Below are positions 22,350 to 32,000 of a stretch of 32,000 nt of DNA, one piece after another. The stretch is from Blochmannia endosymbiont of Camponotus modoc (GTDB lineage: Bacteria; Pseudomonadota; Gammaproteobacteria; Enterobacterales; Enterobacteriaceae): positions 510,001 through 542,000 of the forward strand of contig NZ_CP097765.1 in NCBI RefSeq assembly GCF_023585785.1, given 5' to 3'. The first letter of the stretch is position 1, and each line of letters begins with the position of its first letter. A model generated the notes under the pieces. It made no database searches. It was not told the origin of the DNA and was given only the letters and a program-made list of their open reading frames with translations. Both the position numbers and the translations under genes were made by a program.

Positions 22350-23231
22350 TTATTTTTTGTTATATACAGAAAATAAAATACCTTTATTCCTACCAAACAA
22401 CACTGAAATTAAAAAAATTATACTACCACATAACACTATAGTCGGTCCTGCAGGCAAAAACATATAAAATGACCCAATCAACCCTATCCACGAGCAAAAA
22501 AAAGCAATAAATACCGATAACAATAACATATGTATTAAACTCTTAACCCAATACCGAGCTGATAACCCAGGTAACATCATTAAACCAACAGACATTAAAG
22601 TACCAGTCACTTGAAAACTTGCTACTAAATTTAACATAACAATTGATAAAAAAAATATTTGAATACATCTCGACGCTTCAATATTATTGTCTCTTAAAAA
22701 ATCTGGATCAAACGTTTCAATAATTAAAGCTCTGTAAAATAATGCGATAGTAAGTAAAGTTATAGTACTAATGATCCCGATACATTCTAAATTTAACAAA
22801 TTTACAGATAAAATAGATCCAAATAACAAATCCAACAAATCCACATTAGGACCATGTAACGACATTAATACAACTCCAAATGCCAAAGATCCAAGATAGA
22901 ATCCAGCAAAACTAGCATCTTGTTGCAACAATGTTTTTTCGCTAATCCAAGTAGATAATATCGCGACCATTAAACCGGAAATAAATCCCCCTATACTCAT
23001 TATCAGAAATGACATTCCTGAAAAAAAATACCCTATCGCTACGCCCGGTAATATAGCATGAGATAACACATCTCCCACTAAACTCATACGCCTCAACATT
23101 AAAAAACTACCTATTGGCGTTATACTGATAGATAACACACAACAAGCAACTATAGCTCTTCGCATATATCCAAAGTTAATAAAAGGATCAAATAACATAT
23201 GAATCATCATAAAAACCTTTTCTTTCTCCAA
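22350..23231 (-). CDS. ABC-3 family metal (Zn/Mn/Fe-type) transporter permease, ZnuB/SitC-like
   Basis: 293-aa polytopic ORF: RRMSLVGDVLSHAILPGVAIGYF, FQVTGTLMSVGLMMLPGLSARYW; paired with the ATPase gene upstream on the same strand. Confidence 0.85.
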   Translation of the reverse strand: MEKEKVFMMIHMLFDPFINFGYMRRAIVACCVLSISITPIGSFLMLRRMSLVGDVLSHAILPGVAIGYFFSGMSFLIMSIGGFISGLMVAILSTWISEKTLLQQDASFAGFYLGSLAFGVVLMSLHGPNVDLLDLLFGSILSVNLLNLECIGIISTITLLTIALFYRALIIETFDPDFLRDNNIEASRCIQIFFLSIVMLNLVASFQVTGTLMSVGLMMLPGLSARYWVKSLIHMLLLSVFIAFFCSWIGLIGSFYMFLPAGPTIVLCGSIIFLISVLFGRNKGILFSVYNKK

Positions 23232-23301
23232 AATAAATATTTACATACACATGGGATGTATATAATCAATTCACAATATCATAAAATTAAATTTTTCGCA
23301 T

Positions 23302-23946
23302 TTATTTGGATGGATTCCAAATACTACAAGAACAAGTTAACAACAATGTATTAGGAAAATATTCAGTTACGAATTCATTATTATGTAACGCAGCAATCAC
23401 AGTACATCCACGTCTACACAAAAGATTTACAGCACGTATCATGATTTTACAAGTATTTATATCAATTCCTTGAAATGGCTCATCAAGTAAAATTAATGAT
23501 GCTTGCTGAGCCAATATTCTAGCAAATAACATACGTTGCACTTGTCCTCCTGACAAAGTTTCTATATATTGATTTAATACATCTAACAATTTTACCTGAT
23601 CTAAAGAACGCCAAATTACTGTTCTTTGGTGTTGATTCAGTCTTTTTAATAAATTTATTCTCGGCCAACAACCCATAGATACTACGTCGAATACAGTTAA
23701 TGGAAAATGGGGATCTATAGTTTTATTCTGAGGTAAATAACCCATACGAGGTCTGCCTTTTTTTCCAAATTCCAATCGACCGGAAACTGGAGGCAACAAC
23801 CCAGCTAATGTTTTTAATAAAGTAGATTTTCCTATTCCGTTGGGTCCTATGATAGCAATCATGCTGCCATACTTAATCCGACCACTCACGGATGGACTAA
23901 CATTGCGACCACAGTAACCCGCTATTAAGTTATATAATGTCATCAT
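23302..23946 (-). CDS. Metal-type ABC transporter ATP-binding protein, ZnuC-like
   Basis: Walker A GPNGIGKSTLLKTLAGLLPP, signature LSGGQVQRMLFARILAQQASLILLDEPFQGID, H-loop VIAALHNNEFV. Confidence 0.87.
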   Translation of the reverse strand: MMTLYNLIAGYCGRNVSPSVSGRIKYGSMIAIIGPNGIGKSTLLKTLAGLLPPVSGRLEFGKKGRPRMGYLPQNKTIDPHFPLTVFDVVSMGCWPRINLLKRLNQHQRTVIWRSLDQVKLLDVLNQYIETLSGGQVQRMLFARILAQQASLILLDEPFQGIDINTCKIMIRAVNLLCRRGCTVIAALHNNEFVTEYFPNTLLLTCSCSIWNPSK

Positions 23947-23964
23947 AGTTTTAGATTGTATTAT

Positions 23965-24102
23965 TCATGGCAAAAAAGAGGACCAAAAAATGGCAGCCCA
24001 TGAACATAACAATACAACCAGTACTATGAGCATGCGAACCAAACCTGAAGCAAGAAACAATTTCATGCCAATAGACAAACGTTGTTTAGAGTGATACGAC
24101 AA
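23965..24102 (-). CDS. Possible small single-TM protein (45 aa from TTG 24102, or 33 aa from ATG 24066)
   Basis: Minus-strand SD-like AAGGA (24116-24112), 9 nt spacer, TTG, then SYHSKQRLSIGMKLFLASGLVRMLIVLVVLLCSWAAIFWSSFLP*, ending 18 nt before the ABC ATPase start; hydrophobic helix flanked upstream by basic residues. Confidence 0.35.
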   Translation of the reverse strand: MSYHSKQRLSIGMKLFLASGLVRMLIVLVVLLCSWAAIFWSSFLP

Positions 24103-24429
24103 TGATAAATTTCCTTAATAATTTAGTTATGTTATAACATAACATTCATGAAGAAAAACACCAACTACTCTTCTTTCATTGCAAAAAGAAAAATTAAAAT
24201 ATAATCCTTTTAGCTTTAATGAATTCATATAAACATTCTAGATTTTTCATGCTAACATTTACATTATTACTAAAATCATTAGATTATAATTAATATAAAA
24301 CTTACTTTATAAATATATGAAATTTTTTTCACAACGCGACATTATTATTATAATATTTTAAAAAATAAAAAATTAAAATTCAATACTTGTTCATCTAAAA
24401 TTATTTTTTATAATTACTTGATACAAGAC

Positions 24430-24512
24430 TGCCGAAGGCCGGACTCGAACCGGCACGCCATTAAGGTGATTGATTTTGAGTCAATTGCGTCTACCTATTT
24501 CGCCACTTCGGC
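24430..24512 (-). tRNA. leuX: tRNA-Leu (anticodon CAA, leuX-like)
   Basis: Minus strand GCCGAAGTGGCGAAATAGGTAGACGCAATTGACTCAAAATCAATCACCTTAATGGCGTGCCGGTTCGAGTCCGGCCTTCGGCA; long variable arm, anticodon loop CTCAAAA. 3' CCA not encoded. Confidence 0.95.
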
Positions 24513-24980
24513 AAAACACGAACATATCTAACATATCTATCTGATATAAAACTATACGGTCACTAAAATTTATCAAATTTTTCAAGAGAATTCAATATAC
24601 AGCATCAATTTCTTCACAATCATTCAATTTAAGCATTAAATTTGTAAACATAACATAATTTTTTTTAATAAAGTATCATTTTAAAAATATTAAAAAATTC
24701 ACAAAACCATCCATAAATAAGTCATTATAGCAACATAAACATGTCTAGATACACATTTAATATTCTACATTATAATAATAGTAATAATTTTTTTACTTAT
24801 ATCAACCATACCCTTCTCTTACACTGCTTATACTTACAAAAATACAATCATATTGTGTGCTCGATTATATCTGTGATTGAAGAGCATATTATGCTTGAAT
24901 ACATTTAATATATTTTACTCTTGTATATTTATACATTATAATACAGGGTAAAATAAATATTATATGAAAAAATTTATTAT

Positions 24981-25880
24981 ATGAATAATTTTGATTTCAA
25001 TTTACTAATAATTCTCAATGCACTGCTCGAAGATAATAGCGTAAACTTAGCAGCAAAAAAATTAAATGTCACTGCTCCAGCTATTAGTAAATCCCTCAAT
25101 AAAATACGCATTCTATTTAATGATCAAATTTTAGTGCGCAGTGGAACTAAATTAATCCCTACTCCTAAAGCAATCTCTCTAAAAGAAAATATTAAAGAAT
25201 TAGTGAATCGTATTGAATCAATATTCAACAGTAACATAGTATTTGAACCTAAAATTACTGCTATATCATTTACTATTGCATCGAACAATGCTATTCTCTT
25301 TATCCTTAATACTATGTTATTTCAAGAAATGAAAGATAAAGCTCCCAACGCATTTATTCATTTAGTAAATGATTCAGATTACGATGATAATTTTTTAAGA
25401 AACCATACCATCGATTTATATATAGGAGAAATACGCGCACTTAACCCAGAAATAACTATTCGAACTATCTACGTATCCAAATGTTGTATAATATCTCGGA
25501 ATCATCATCCTATTTTATCTCAAACTAAAAATATGGACAATTTATTAAAATATCAATTCATTAAAACCAAATATGAGCATTTAACCAATTCCGATGAACA
25601 TAGTAAATATTTTTGGTCGGAGCGTAACTTAATTGGTATTACTCCAGAATATATCACTACTGTAAACGCTATAATTCATTCAGATGCATTAGCGATAATA
25701 CCAGAATTTATATTAACAACGATAAAAAAATTAAATATATCAATAACACATTTTAATACTGATTTTAACTTAGGAAAAAAAAGCATCATTCAAGCATGGC
25801 ATTCTAAACACAACCGCTCTTCCGCTCATAAATGGCTGAGAGAATTTACTAAAAAAATATTTTTAACTAGTATAACATAA
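24981..25880 (+). CDS. LysR-family transcriptional regulator
   Basis: 299-aa ORF with LysR-type winged HTH: FNLLIILNALLEDNSVNLAAKKLNVTAPAISKSLNKIRILFNDQILVRSGTKLIPTPKAISL; C-terminal effector-like domain. Confidence 0.88.
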   Translation: MNNFDFNLLIILNALLEDNSVNLAAKKLNVTAPAISKSLNKIRILFNDQILVRSGTKLIPTPKAISLKENIKELVNRIESIFNSNIVFEPKITAISFTIASNNAILFILNTMLFQEMKDKAPNAFIHLVNDSDYDDNFLRNHTIDLYIGEIRALNPEITIRTIYVSKCCIISRNHHPILSQTKNMDNLLKYQFIKTKYEHLTNSDEHSKYFWSERNLIGITPEYITTVNAIIHSDALAIIPEFILTTIKKLNISITHFNTDFNLGKKSIIQAWHSKHNRSSAHKWLREFTKKIFLTSIT

Positions 25881-25912
25881 AAATTTTATTAAAAATTTTT
25901 ATGTTCACAAAA

Positions 25913-26992
25913 TTATGAATATATCCTCATAATAATAATGCTAATTACTAAAAATATTATACTGGGTGATATCGATCCAATTATTGGAGAAACACTGTGT
26001 ATAGTACTTAATATTCCAAATATTTGATTTAAAATATAAAATAAAAACCCTGCTATACTTCCTACGAATAATCTAATGCCTATCTTTTTTTTGTATAATG
26101 GTCCAAAAGTAAACGCTAATGCCATTATAGTCATAACGGATCCAGATATAGGGGATAATATTTTCTTCCAAAAAATCACTTGATAATATTTAGAATTTTG
26201 CCCAATCCTATGAAAATATTTAACGCAATGATATAACTTAGAGATAGATAAAAAATTTGGATGAGTAATCATCATGGATAATTTATATGGAGTTAATTCA
26301 GCATTCCATTCAGAATTTGGTATTTTTTTATTAGCAACGGATATTTCTTGAGAAATATCCAATTCATTTACATTAATCAAATGCCATACTTTATTAACAA
26401 ATACTGCCCGTTCGACATAACATATCTTTTTTAGCTTTCTTTCTTCGTTAAAATTATATAATTTTACTCCTAGCAATTCATTATAGGCTATTACATTTTC
26501 AACACAAACAAAATCATTGTTATCTATGAACCATAGATTTTTAATCTTTATAGAAAGTAAAGAAGCATTATGTTGCGATTGATTACGATACATGCACATT
26601 ATTTTTTCGCTATTAGGCACTACCCATTCATTAGAAATGATACTGCATAATAATACAGGAATAGAAGCTTTTATGACTGATAAAGTGATCTGTAACCTGC
26701 TAAATCCAGAGACTTGCATTGCTATAAATTCATTATGTATTTCAAGCATGCATAAACTTAAAAGACCACCTAATAAAGTCGCTATAGGAAAAAATAATTC
26801 AAAATCTTTTGGCAAACTTAAAATCATGTAAATAATAACGTCAAAAACAAAATGGTTTCCTTCTCCTATCTTACGCAATTCATCAATCAGTTTAATCACA
26901 CTAGATAAAGATAATAATACTAAAAAGACCGTCGTTGTATTTGATATTACCGTTTTTATAATGTAATAATTCAAAATGCTGTACATGTACAC
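25913..26992 (-). CDS. lptG: LPS export ABC permease LptG; start GTG at 26992
   Basis: Polytopic YjgP/YjgQ-type ORF: NYYIIKTVISNTTTVFLVLLSLSSVIKLIDELRKIG, PKDFELFFPIATLLGGLLSL; paired with lptF. Confidence 0.95.
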   Translation of the reverse strand: MYMYSILNYYIIKTVISNTTTVFLVLLSLSSVIKLIDELRKIGEGNHFVFDVIIYMILSLPKDFELFFPIATLLGGLLSLCMLEIHNEFIAMQVSGFSRLQITLSVIKASIPVLLCSIISNEWVVPNSEKIMCMYRNQSQHNASLLSIKIKNLWFIDNNDFVCVENVIAYNELLGVKLYNFNEERKLKKICYVERAVFVNKVWHLINVNELDISQEISVANKKIPNSEWNAELTPYKLSMMITHPNFLSISKLYHCVKYFHRIGQNSKYYQVIFWKKILSPISGSVMTIMALAFTFGPLYKKKIGIRLFVGSIAGFLFYILNQIFGILSTIHSVSPIIGSISPSIIFLVISIIIMRIYS

Positions 26993-28113
26993 TATGTTTT
27001 TATATGATGACTATAACACATTGTTAAAACTAATTTTTTGATATGAGAAGTATCCCATGAATTAAGCAATAAAACTATCGATAGATAAATACTATTAATA
27101 ATCCACATCCATACTATGGGATTTATGTTATCCAAAAGAACACAGGAACGTAATAAAATATGAAAAATAAAAAAAATTATATATAAAAAAACTGTTACCA
27201 ATAAATTTATTAAATAATTATACGAAACAACAGTAATTAATAATGTTGTGATCATTGGCATAAGAAAAACAGATACTAATAAAGTTAAACGCCAATGTAA
27301 CTCTACACGCATCTCTGATTTATTAGAACACCATAACTGATGCATAAACATATGATTAACGGGCTCATTTTCTTCATACATTGTTTTAATAGTACTATTG
27401 ATTAGCATTTGATACTGAGAAAAATCAGTAATAAGCACATCCTTGCACAATTCGCATTTATTATAAATTTCATAATATGTGCCTTTTTCTAAAATAATTA
27501 ATCGGGAGCCATCAGGATTTCTACAAACACTTCCTTGATCTGAAGTAATAATTATAAACATACTGTTATCTTTATCTGGATTTGTTTTTGATAAAAACAC
27601 GTTTTTTAATTTATTTCCCTGAATGCTATCCGAAAATAAAATTAAATATTTGGTAGCTAATGGTTGGAATTTTTTTTCTGGAAAAACAACTAAATTAATG
27701 TTTTCCTTAATTTTATGCAATAATCTACTTTGGTAACTTGAGCAATAAGGAGATAACCACGATATATTAATCATAGTGAATGATGCAACGATCCCACTAA
27801 AAAAAAATATATTTCTTATAAAAATATATTTATCTACGGCACAAGAATACATAGCTATAATTTCATTATGAGCATGTAATCGATAAAAAGTTACCAGTAC
27901 GCTCAAAAACGCGCTAAAGGGAATAAGTAATTTTCCTGATTCTGGCATATTTAATCCAAGACATAGAAAAATCAAATATATTGAAATATCGCTATCTATC
28001 ACTAAACTCAACATTTTGATCAATTTTTGACAAAAACACACTAAAAATAATAATGTTAGAATGATTAACTGATTTCTAAATATTTCTTTCAATATATATT
28101 TGGTAAATATCAT
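26992..28113 (-). CDS. lptF: LPS export ABC permease LptF; likely start at internal ATG 28113 (supplied ORF extends to 28254)
   Basis: MIFTKYILKEIFRNQLIILTLLFLVCFCQKLIKMLS matches the LptF N-terminus; conserved AELHWRLTL-like VELHWRLTLLVSVFLMP, LLNSWDT C-terminus; divergent from pepA as in E. coli. Confidence 0.95.
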   Translation of the reverse strand: MIFTKYILKEIFRNQLIILTLLFLVCFCQKLIKMLSLVIDSDISIYLIFLCLGLNMPESGKLLIPFSAFLSVLVTFYRLHAHNEIIAMYSCAVDKYIFIRNIFFFSGIVASFTMINISWLSPYCSSYQSRLLHKIKENINLVVFPEKKFQPLATKYLILFSDSIQGNKLKNVFLSKTNPDKDNSMFIIITSDQGSVCRNPDGSRLIILEKGTYYEIYNKCELCKDVLITDFSQYQMLINSTIKTMYEENEPVNHMFMHQLWCSNKSEMRVELHWRLTLLVSVFLMPMITTLLITVVSYNYLINLLVTVFLYIIFFIFHILLRSCVLLDNINPIVWMWIINSIYLSIVLLLNSWDTSHIKKLVLTMCYSHHIKT

Positions 28114-28359
28114 TATTTTACCTAAAAAACTTGTTTTTAAATAAAAAATAAGTATCGTAATAGTAGCAGATTGTAATGTTAAAAAATGATACATATTCGG
28201 TTTTTTATAATGTAAAAAATTGTCCATTACGTTATAAACCCAATACAATCTCACCGGGGATATATTTCAATGTTTTATATAAAAGATAAAAATTGTGAAT
28301 ATTGTAACTGATTTATTTTTCGAATACGTCGTTTGACGTATTTATATACAGGAAATATT

Positions 28360-29868
28360 ATGATAAAATTTAGCGTTACTAACGGACATCTAGAATTATA
28401 TCCTGATAGTTGCATCATTACTGGTATATTTGAAGAATTAAATTTATTTCCGTCAACAAAAAAAATTGATGACGTAAGCAAAGGATATATCAGTTCATTG
28501 TTGCGTCGTGGCGCGTTGCACGGAAAAGTCATGCAAACGCTCTTATTATATGATGTTCCTCATTTACATAATAGACAAATTTTATTAGTTGGGTGCGGTA
28601 AGAAATCTGATTTTGATGAAAATTGTTATAGAAAATTAATTCGAAAAATAATAATCTTATGTAAAGAGATACCTATAATTAGAATATTACTTTTTTTAAG
28701 TGAATTAAATATAAAAGGATACGATAATTATTGGAAAATAAGACAAACAATGGAAATCGTTAATGAAGAGTTATATGTTTTTAATAAATTTAAAAATAAT
28801 GAGACTACACTAAATAAATCACTAAATGAAATAATATTACATATACCTAATGAAAATGAATTAGAATGTTGTAAAAAATCTATTAGAGATGGATTATCTA
28901 TCGTTCACGGAATAAAAATAGCTAAAGACTTAGGAAATATGCCCCCTAATTTTTGTACTCCTGATTACTTTGTAAATCAAGTAAATGAATTATCTAATTG
29001 TGATAACGTCACAATAAATATAATCAATGCTTTAGAAATGAAACAATTGGGTATGAATGCTTATTTAGCGGTAGGAAAAGGATCTAATTACCCTCCCACA
29101 ATGCCTATAATTACATACAAAGGGCATCCTGCAGGGTCTAATGTTCCCCCCATTGTACTTATAGGAAAAGGTTTAACCTTTGATTCTGGTGGGATTTCTA
29201 TTAAAGAATCAAATAAAATGGATGAAATGAAATATGATATGTGCGGAGCTGCTGCAGTATATGCAATTATGCATATAGCCATAGAACTAGATTTACCATT
29301 AAATATTATCGGAATACTTGCTATTTGTGAAAATATGATAAGTCATACTTCATTTCGTCCAGGTGATATCCTGACTACTTTATCTGGAAAAACAGTAGAG
29401 GTATTAAATACTGATGCTGAGGGTCGTTTGGTTCTATGTGATGCATTGACATACGCAGAACGTTACAAACCGGATGTTGTAATAGATATAGCTACATTAA
29501 CTGGAGCTTGTGTTATTGCTTTAGGACATCATTTTAGCGGTTTAATGTCTAATAACCAAAACTTAGCCGACGAATTAATTCTAGCTGGGCAACAATCCAA
29601 AGATTATGTTTGGAAATTACCATTAGACGAAGTGTTCCAAAAACAATTAAAATCTACATGTGCGGATATTACAAATGTTGGGGGTAGACCTGGTGGCGCT
29701 ATTACAGCCGGATGCTTTCTTCAGCAGTTTGCTTATAAATATCGTTGGGCACATTTAGATATTGCTGGAACAGCATGGATATCTAATTATTGTGATAAAA
29801 GCGCAACGGGTCGCCCTGTTGCGCTTTTATCACAATATCTGATCAATAGATCATCCCATAAAATTTAA
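28360..29868 (+). CDS. pepA: Cytosol (leucyl) aminopeptidase PepA; likely start at internal ATG 28360 (ORF track 28333)
   Basis: VLIGKGLTFDSGGISIK, MDEMKYDMCGAAAVY, NTDAEGRLVLCDALTYAE, IDIATLTGACVIALG, GGRPGGAITAGCFL. Confidence 0.98.
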   Translation: MIKFSVTNGHLELYPDSCIITGIFEELNLFPSTKKIDDVSKGYISSLLRRGALHGKVMQTLLLYDVPHLHNRQILLVGCGKKSDFDENCYRKLIRKIIILCKEIPIIRILLFLSELNIKGYDNYWKIRQTMEIVNEELYVFNKFKNNETTLNKSLNEIILHIPNENELECCKKSIRDGLSIVHGIKIAKDLGNMPPNFCTPDYFVNQVNELSNCDNVTINIINALEMKQLGMNAYLAVGKGSNYPPTMPIITYKGHPAGSNVPPIVLIGKGLTFDSGGISIKESNKMDEMKYDMCGAAAVYAIMHIAIELDLPLNIIGILAICENMISHTSFRPGDILTTLSGKTVEVLNTDAEGRLVLCDALTYAERYKPDVVIDIATLTGACVIALGHHFSGLMSNNQNLADELILAGQQSKDYVWKLPLDEVFQKQLKSTCADITNVGGRPGGAITAGCFLQQFAYKYRWAHLDIAGTAWISNYCDKSATGRPVALLSQYLINRSSHKI

Positions 29869-29984
29869 ATTATTTTTACTAAAAAATATTAATTTTATAC
29901 CAAAATTACACCAAAATAAATTTATGTTTTATTTAAAATAGTCAATTATAATTGACTATAAAGACAATAAAAAATTAATAACAT

Positions 29985-30437
29985 ATGAAACGCAGTACTT
30001 TTTACTTACTATCTCAAGAATTTGAACAAAAAAATAGACCTAATTACATAGAACAGCTTGCTTGTAAGTTAATAAGCACGCAATGGAGATCTGGAAAAAC
30101 CATCTTAGTAACTTGCGAAAATAAACATCAAGCTACAAAAATAGACGAAATATTATGGACATTTGATCAAAATTCATTTTTGCCACATAATCTATTTGGA
30201 AGAACCATCCATCATGCTCCAATAGTCATATACTGGAGTCAATGTTGCTATGATAATCAACCAAAGGATCTATTAATAAACCTTATGCCAAAAAATATGC
30301 ACTTTTTTTTTAATTTTAACGAAATAATAGATTTCGTTCCCATACCTGACATTTTAAAAAAATGGGCAAGATACAGATACCGATCTTATAAAAGAAATGG
30401 ATTTCAGATAAACGTTGTTAACACACCAACTGAATGA
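29985..30437 (+). CDS. holC: DNA polymerase III subunit chi
   Basis: [86 protein letters not shown]; directly upstream of valS, as in E. coli. Confidence 0.92.
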   Translation: MKRSTFYLLSQEFEQKNRPNYIEQLACKLISTQWRSGKTILVTCENKHQATKIDEILWTFDQNSFLPHNLFGRTIHHAPIVIYWSQCCYDNQPKDLLINLMPKNMHFFFNFNEIIDFVPIPDILKKWARYRYRSYKRNGFQINVVNTPTE

Positions 30438-30448
30438 GTAATTATATC

Positions 30449-32000
30449 GTGGAAAAAATATATAATCCTAAAAATATAGAAGAACCAATTTATAAATTTT
30501 GGGAAAATGGAGGCTACTTTAGTCCCCATGGAAATACATCTCAGGAAAGTTATTGCATTATGATGCCTCCGCCTAATATTACAGGACAATTACATCTAGG
30601 GCATGCATTTCAACAAACTATTATGGATGTTTTGATTCGTTATCAAAGAATGCAAGGTAAGAATACTTTATGGCAAACAGGAACAGATCATGCTGGAATT
30701 GCCGCGCAAATGCTAGTGGAACATAAAATTTATAATAATACAGGTAAAACTAGAAATGATTACACAAAAGATGAATTAATAAAAAATATTTGGGCATGGA
30801 AAAGTCAATCTGAACAGTTTATTACTTACCAAATGAAACGATTAGGAAACTCAGTAGATTGGAAACGACAGCGTTTCACCATGGATACAGAAATGTCTTA
30901 TGCAGTAACAGAAGCTTTTATTCGTTTATATCAAAATAATTTAATTTATAGAGGAAAAAGATTAGTAAACTGGGATTATAAATTACAAACCGCAATTTCT
31001 GATCTAGAAGTTATAAATAAAAAAACAAAAGGTTCTATATGGTATATATATTATAAATTAGATAATTCTACTATCAGTTCGAATTCTAATCATTTAATTG
31101 TCGCAACAACACGACCAGAAACTATATTAGGAGATACTGCCGTTGCAGTGCATCCAGAAGATACTCGCTATAAAAATTTAATCGGACAATACGTTATCGC
31201 GCCCATAACTAATAGACGTATTCCTATTATTTCTGATAAAAATGTAGACATGTTTAAAGGAACTGGTTGTCTTAAGATCACTCCTGCTCATGATTTTAAT
31301 GATTATATTATAGGAAAAAGACACGGCTTGCCTATGATAAACATTTTTTCACTTGATGGTAAAATTCTTAAAAAAATAGAAGTATTTAACAGTTATGGAC
31401 AACTTACCGATCAATTATACTGCAACATTCCCCAAATATTCCATAATCTTGACAGTGATAATGCACGAAAAAAAATAATTTCCGAATGCAATGCACTTAA
31501 ATTGTTACATAATACAGAACCTCACGATTTAACAATTCCATATAGTGATCGCACTGGCACTATAATTGAACCCATGTTAACTGATCAGTGGTACATACGC
31601 GTTAAAAATTTAACACAACACGCGATAAACGCGGTAAATTTAAATATAATTAATTTTGTTCCGAAACAATATAAAAATATGTATTTCAGTTGGATGAACA
31701 ACCTTCAAGATTGGTGCATCTCTCGTCAAATCTGGTGGGGACATAAAATCCCTGCTTGGTATGATGATAACAACACAATATACGTAGGATACTGCGAACA
31801 AGATATCAGAATAAAAAATAAATTAAATAATGATGTAATATTACATAGAGAGAAAGATGTATTAGATACATGGTTTTCTTCAAGTCTTTGGACATTTGCT
31901 GCTTTAGGTTGGCCTAAAAATACCAATTTATTAAATGTATTTCATCCTACTGATATTATAATCAGTGGATTTGACATCATATTTTTTTGGATCGCACGAA
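30449..32000 (+). CDS. valS: Valyl-tRNA synthetase, partial (runs off the right edge); GTG start
   Basis: Open reading from GTG 30449: [88 protein letters not shown]...; class I HIGH-like HLGH. Absent from the supplied ORF track. Confidence 0.97.
   Translation, partial: MEKIYNPKNIEEPIYKFWENGGYFSPHGNTSQESYCIMMPPPNITGQLHLGHAFQQTIMDVLIRYQRMQGKNTLWQTGTDHAGIAAQMLVEHKIYNNTGKTRNDYTKDELIKNIWAWKSQSEQFITYQMKRLGNSVDWKRQRFTMDTEMSYAVTEAFIRLYQNNLIYRGKRLVNWDYKLQTAISDLEVINKKTKGSIWYIYYKLDNSTISSNSNHLIVATTRPETILGDTAVAVHPEDTRYKNLIGQYVIAPITNRRIPIISDKNVDMFKGTGCLKITPAHDFNDYIIGKRHGLPMINIFSLDGKILKKIEVFNSYGQLTDQLYCNIPQIFHNLDSDNARKKIISECNALKLLHNTEPHDLTIPYSDRTGTIIEPMLTDQWYIRVKNLTQHAINAVNLNIINFVPKQYKNMYFSWMNNLQDWCISRQIWWGHKIPAWYDDNNTIYVGYCEQDIRIKNKLNNDVILHREKDVLDTWFSSSLWTFAALGWPKNTNLLNVFHPTDIIISGFDIIFFWIAR

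Noticed and set aside
26592-26831. Plus-strand 79-aa ORF
   Set aside because: Antisense to lptG.
28275-28532. Minus-strand ORF overlapping pepA start
   Set aside because: Overlaps pepA coding sequence; no domain signal.
29088-29282. Minus-strand 64-aa ORF
   Set aside because: Antisense to pepA active-site region.
30404-30589. Minus-strand 61-aa ORF
   Set aside because: Antisense to valS N-terminus and the holC-valS junction.
31726-31926. Minus-strand 66-aa ORF
   Set aside because: Antisense to valS.

Overview
This window is a conserved, strongly AT-rich, low-coding-density stretch of a reduced gammaproteobacterial genome. Gene content, E. coli-like gene blocks and degraded spacers fit an insect endosymbiont related to Enterobacteriaceae, of the Candidatus Blochmannia type (genus assignment is inference). 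Left to right: folB(partial,-), plsY(+), tsaD(-), rpsU-dnaG-rpoD(+), tRNA-Ile(CAU)(+), yqjA/DedA(-), rnpB RNase P RNA(-), rsmI(-), dolP/yraP(+), rpsI-rplM(-), zapG/yhcB(+), degQ(+), murA-ibaG(-), lptC-lptA-lptB(+), a metal-type ABC permease/ATPase pair(-), tRNA-Leu(CAA)(-), a LysR-family regulator(+), lptG/lptF(-), pepA, holC and valS(partial)(+). I found no mobile element, CRISPR, phage or defence-like cassette, and no convincing new multi-gene system. The points most worth a second look are: (1) dnaG has no ATG/GTG/TTG start upstream of its conserved N-terminus, which includes the zinc-binding domain, and appears to start at an ATT codon behind a strong Shine-Dalgarno; (2) neither tRNA gene encodes its 3' CCA; (3) a short hydrophobic ORF sits 18 nt upstream of the ABC ATPase gene; (4) a 22-bp perfect palindrome lies upstream of degQ; (5) A8/A9 and T9 homopolymers occur inside essential genes; (6) several large non-coding spacers sit where E. 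coli carries genes; (7) a LysR-family regulator is retained.
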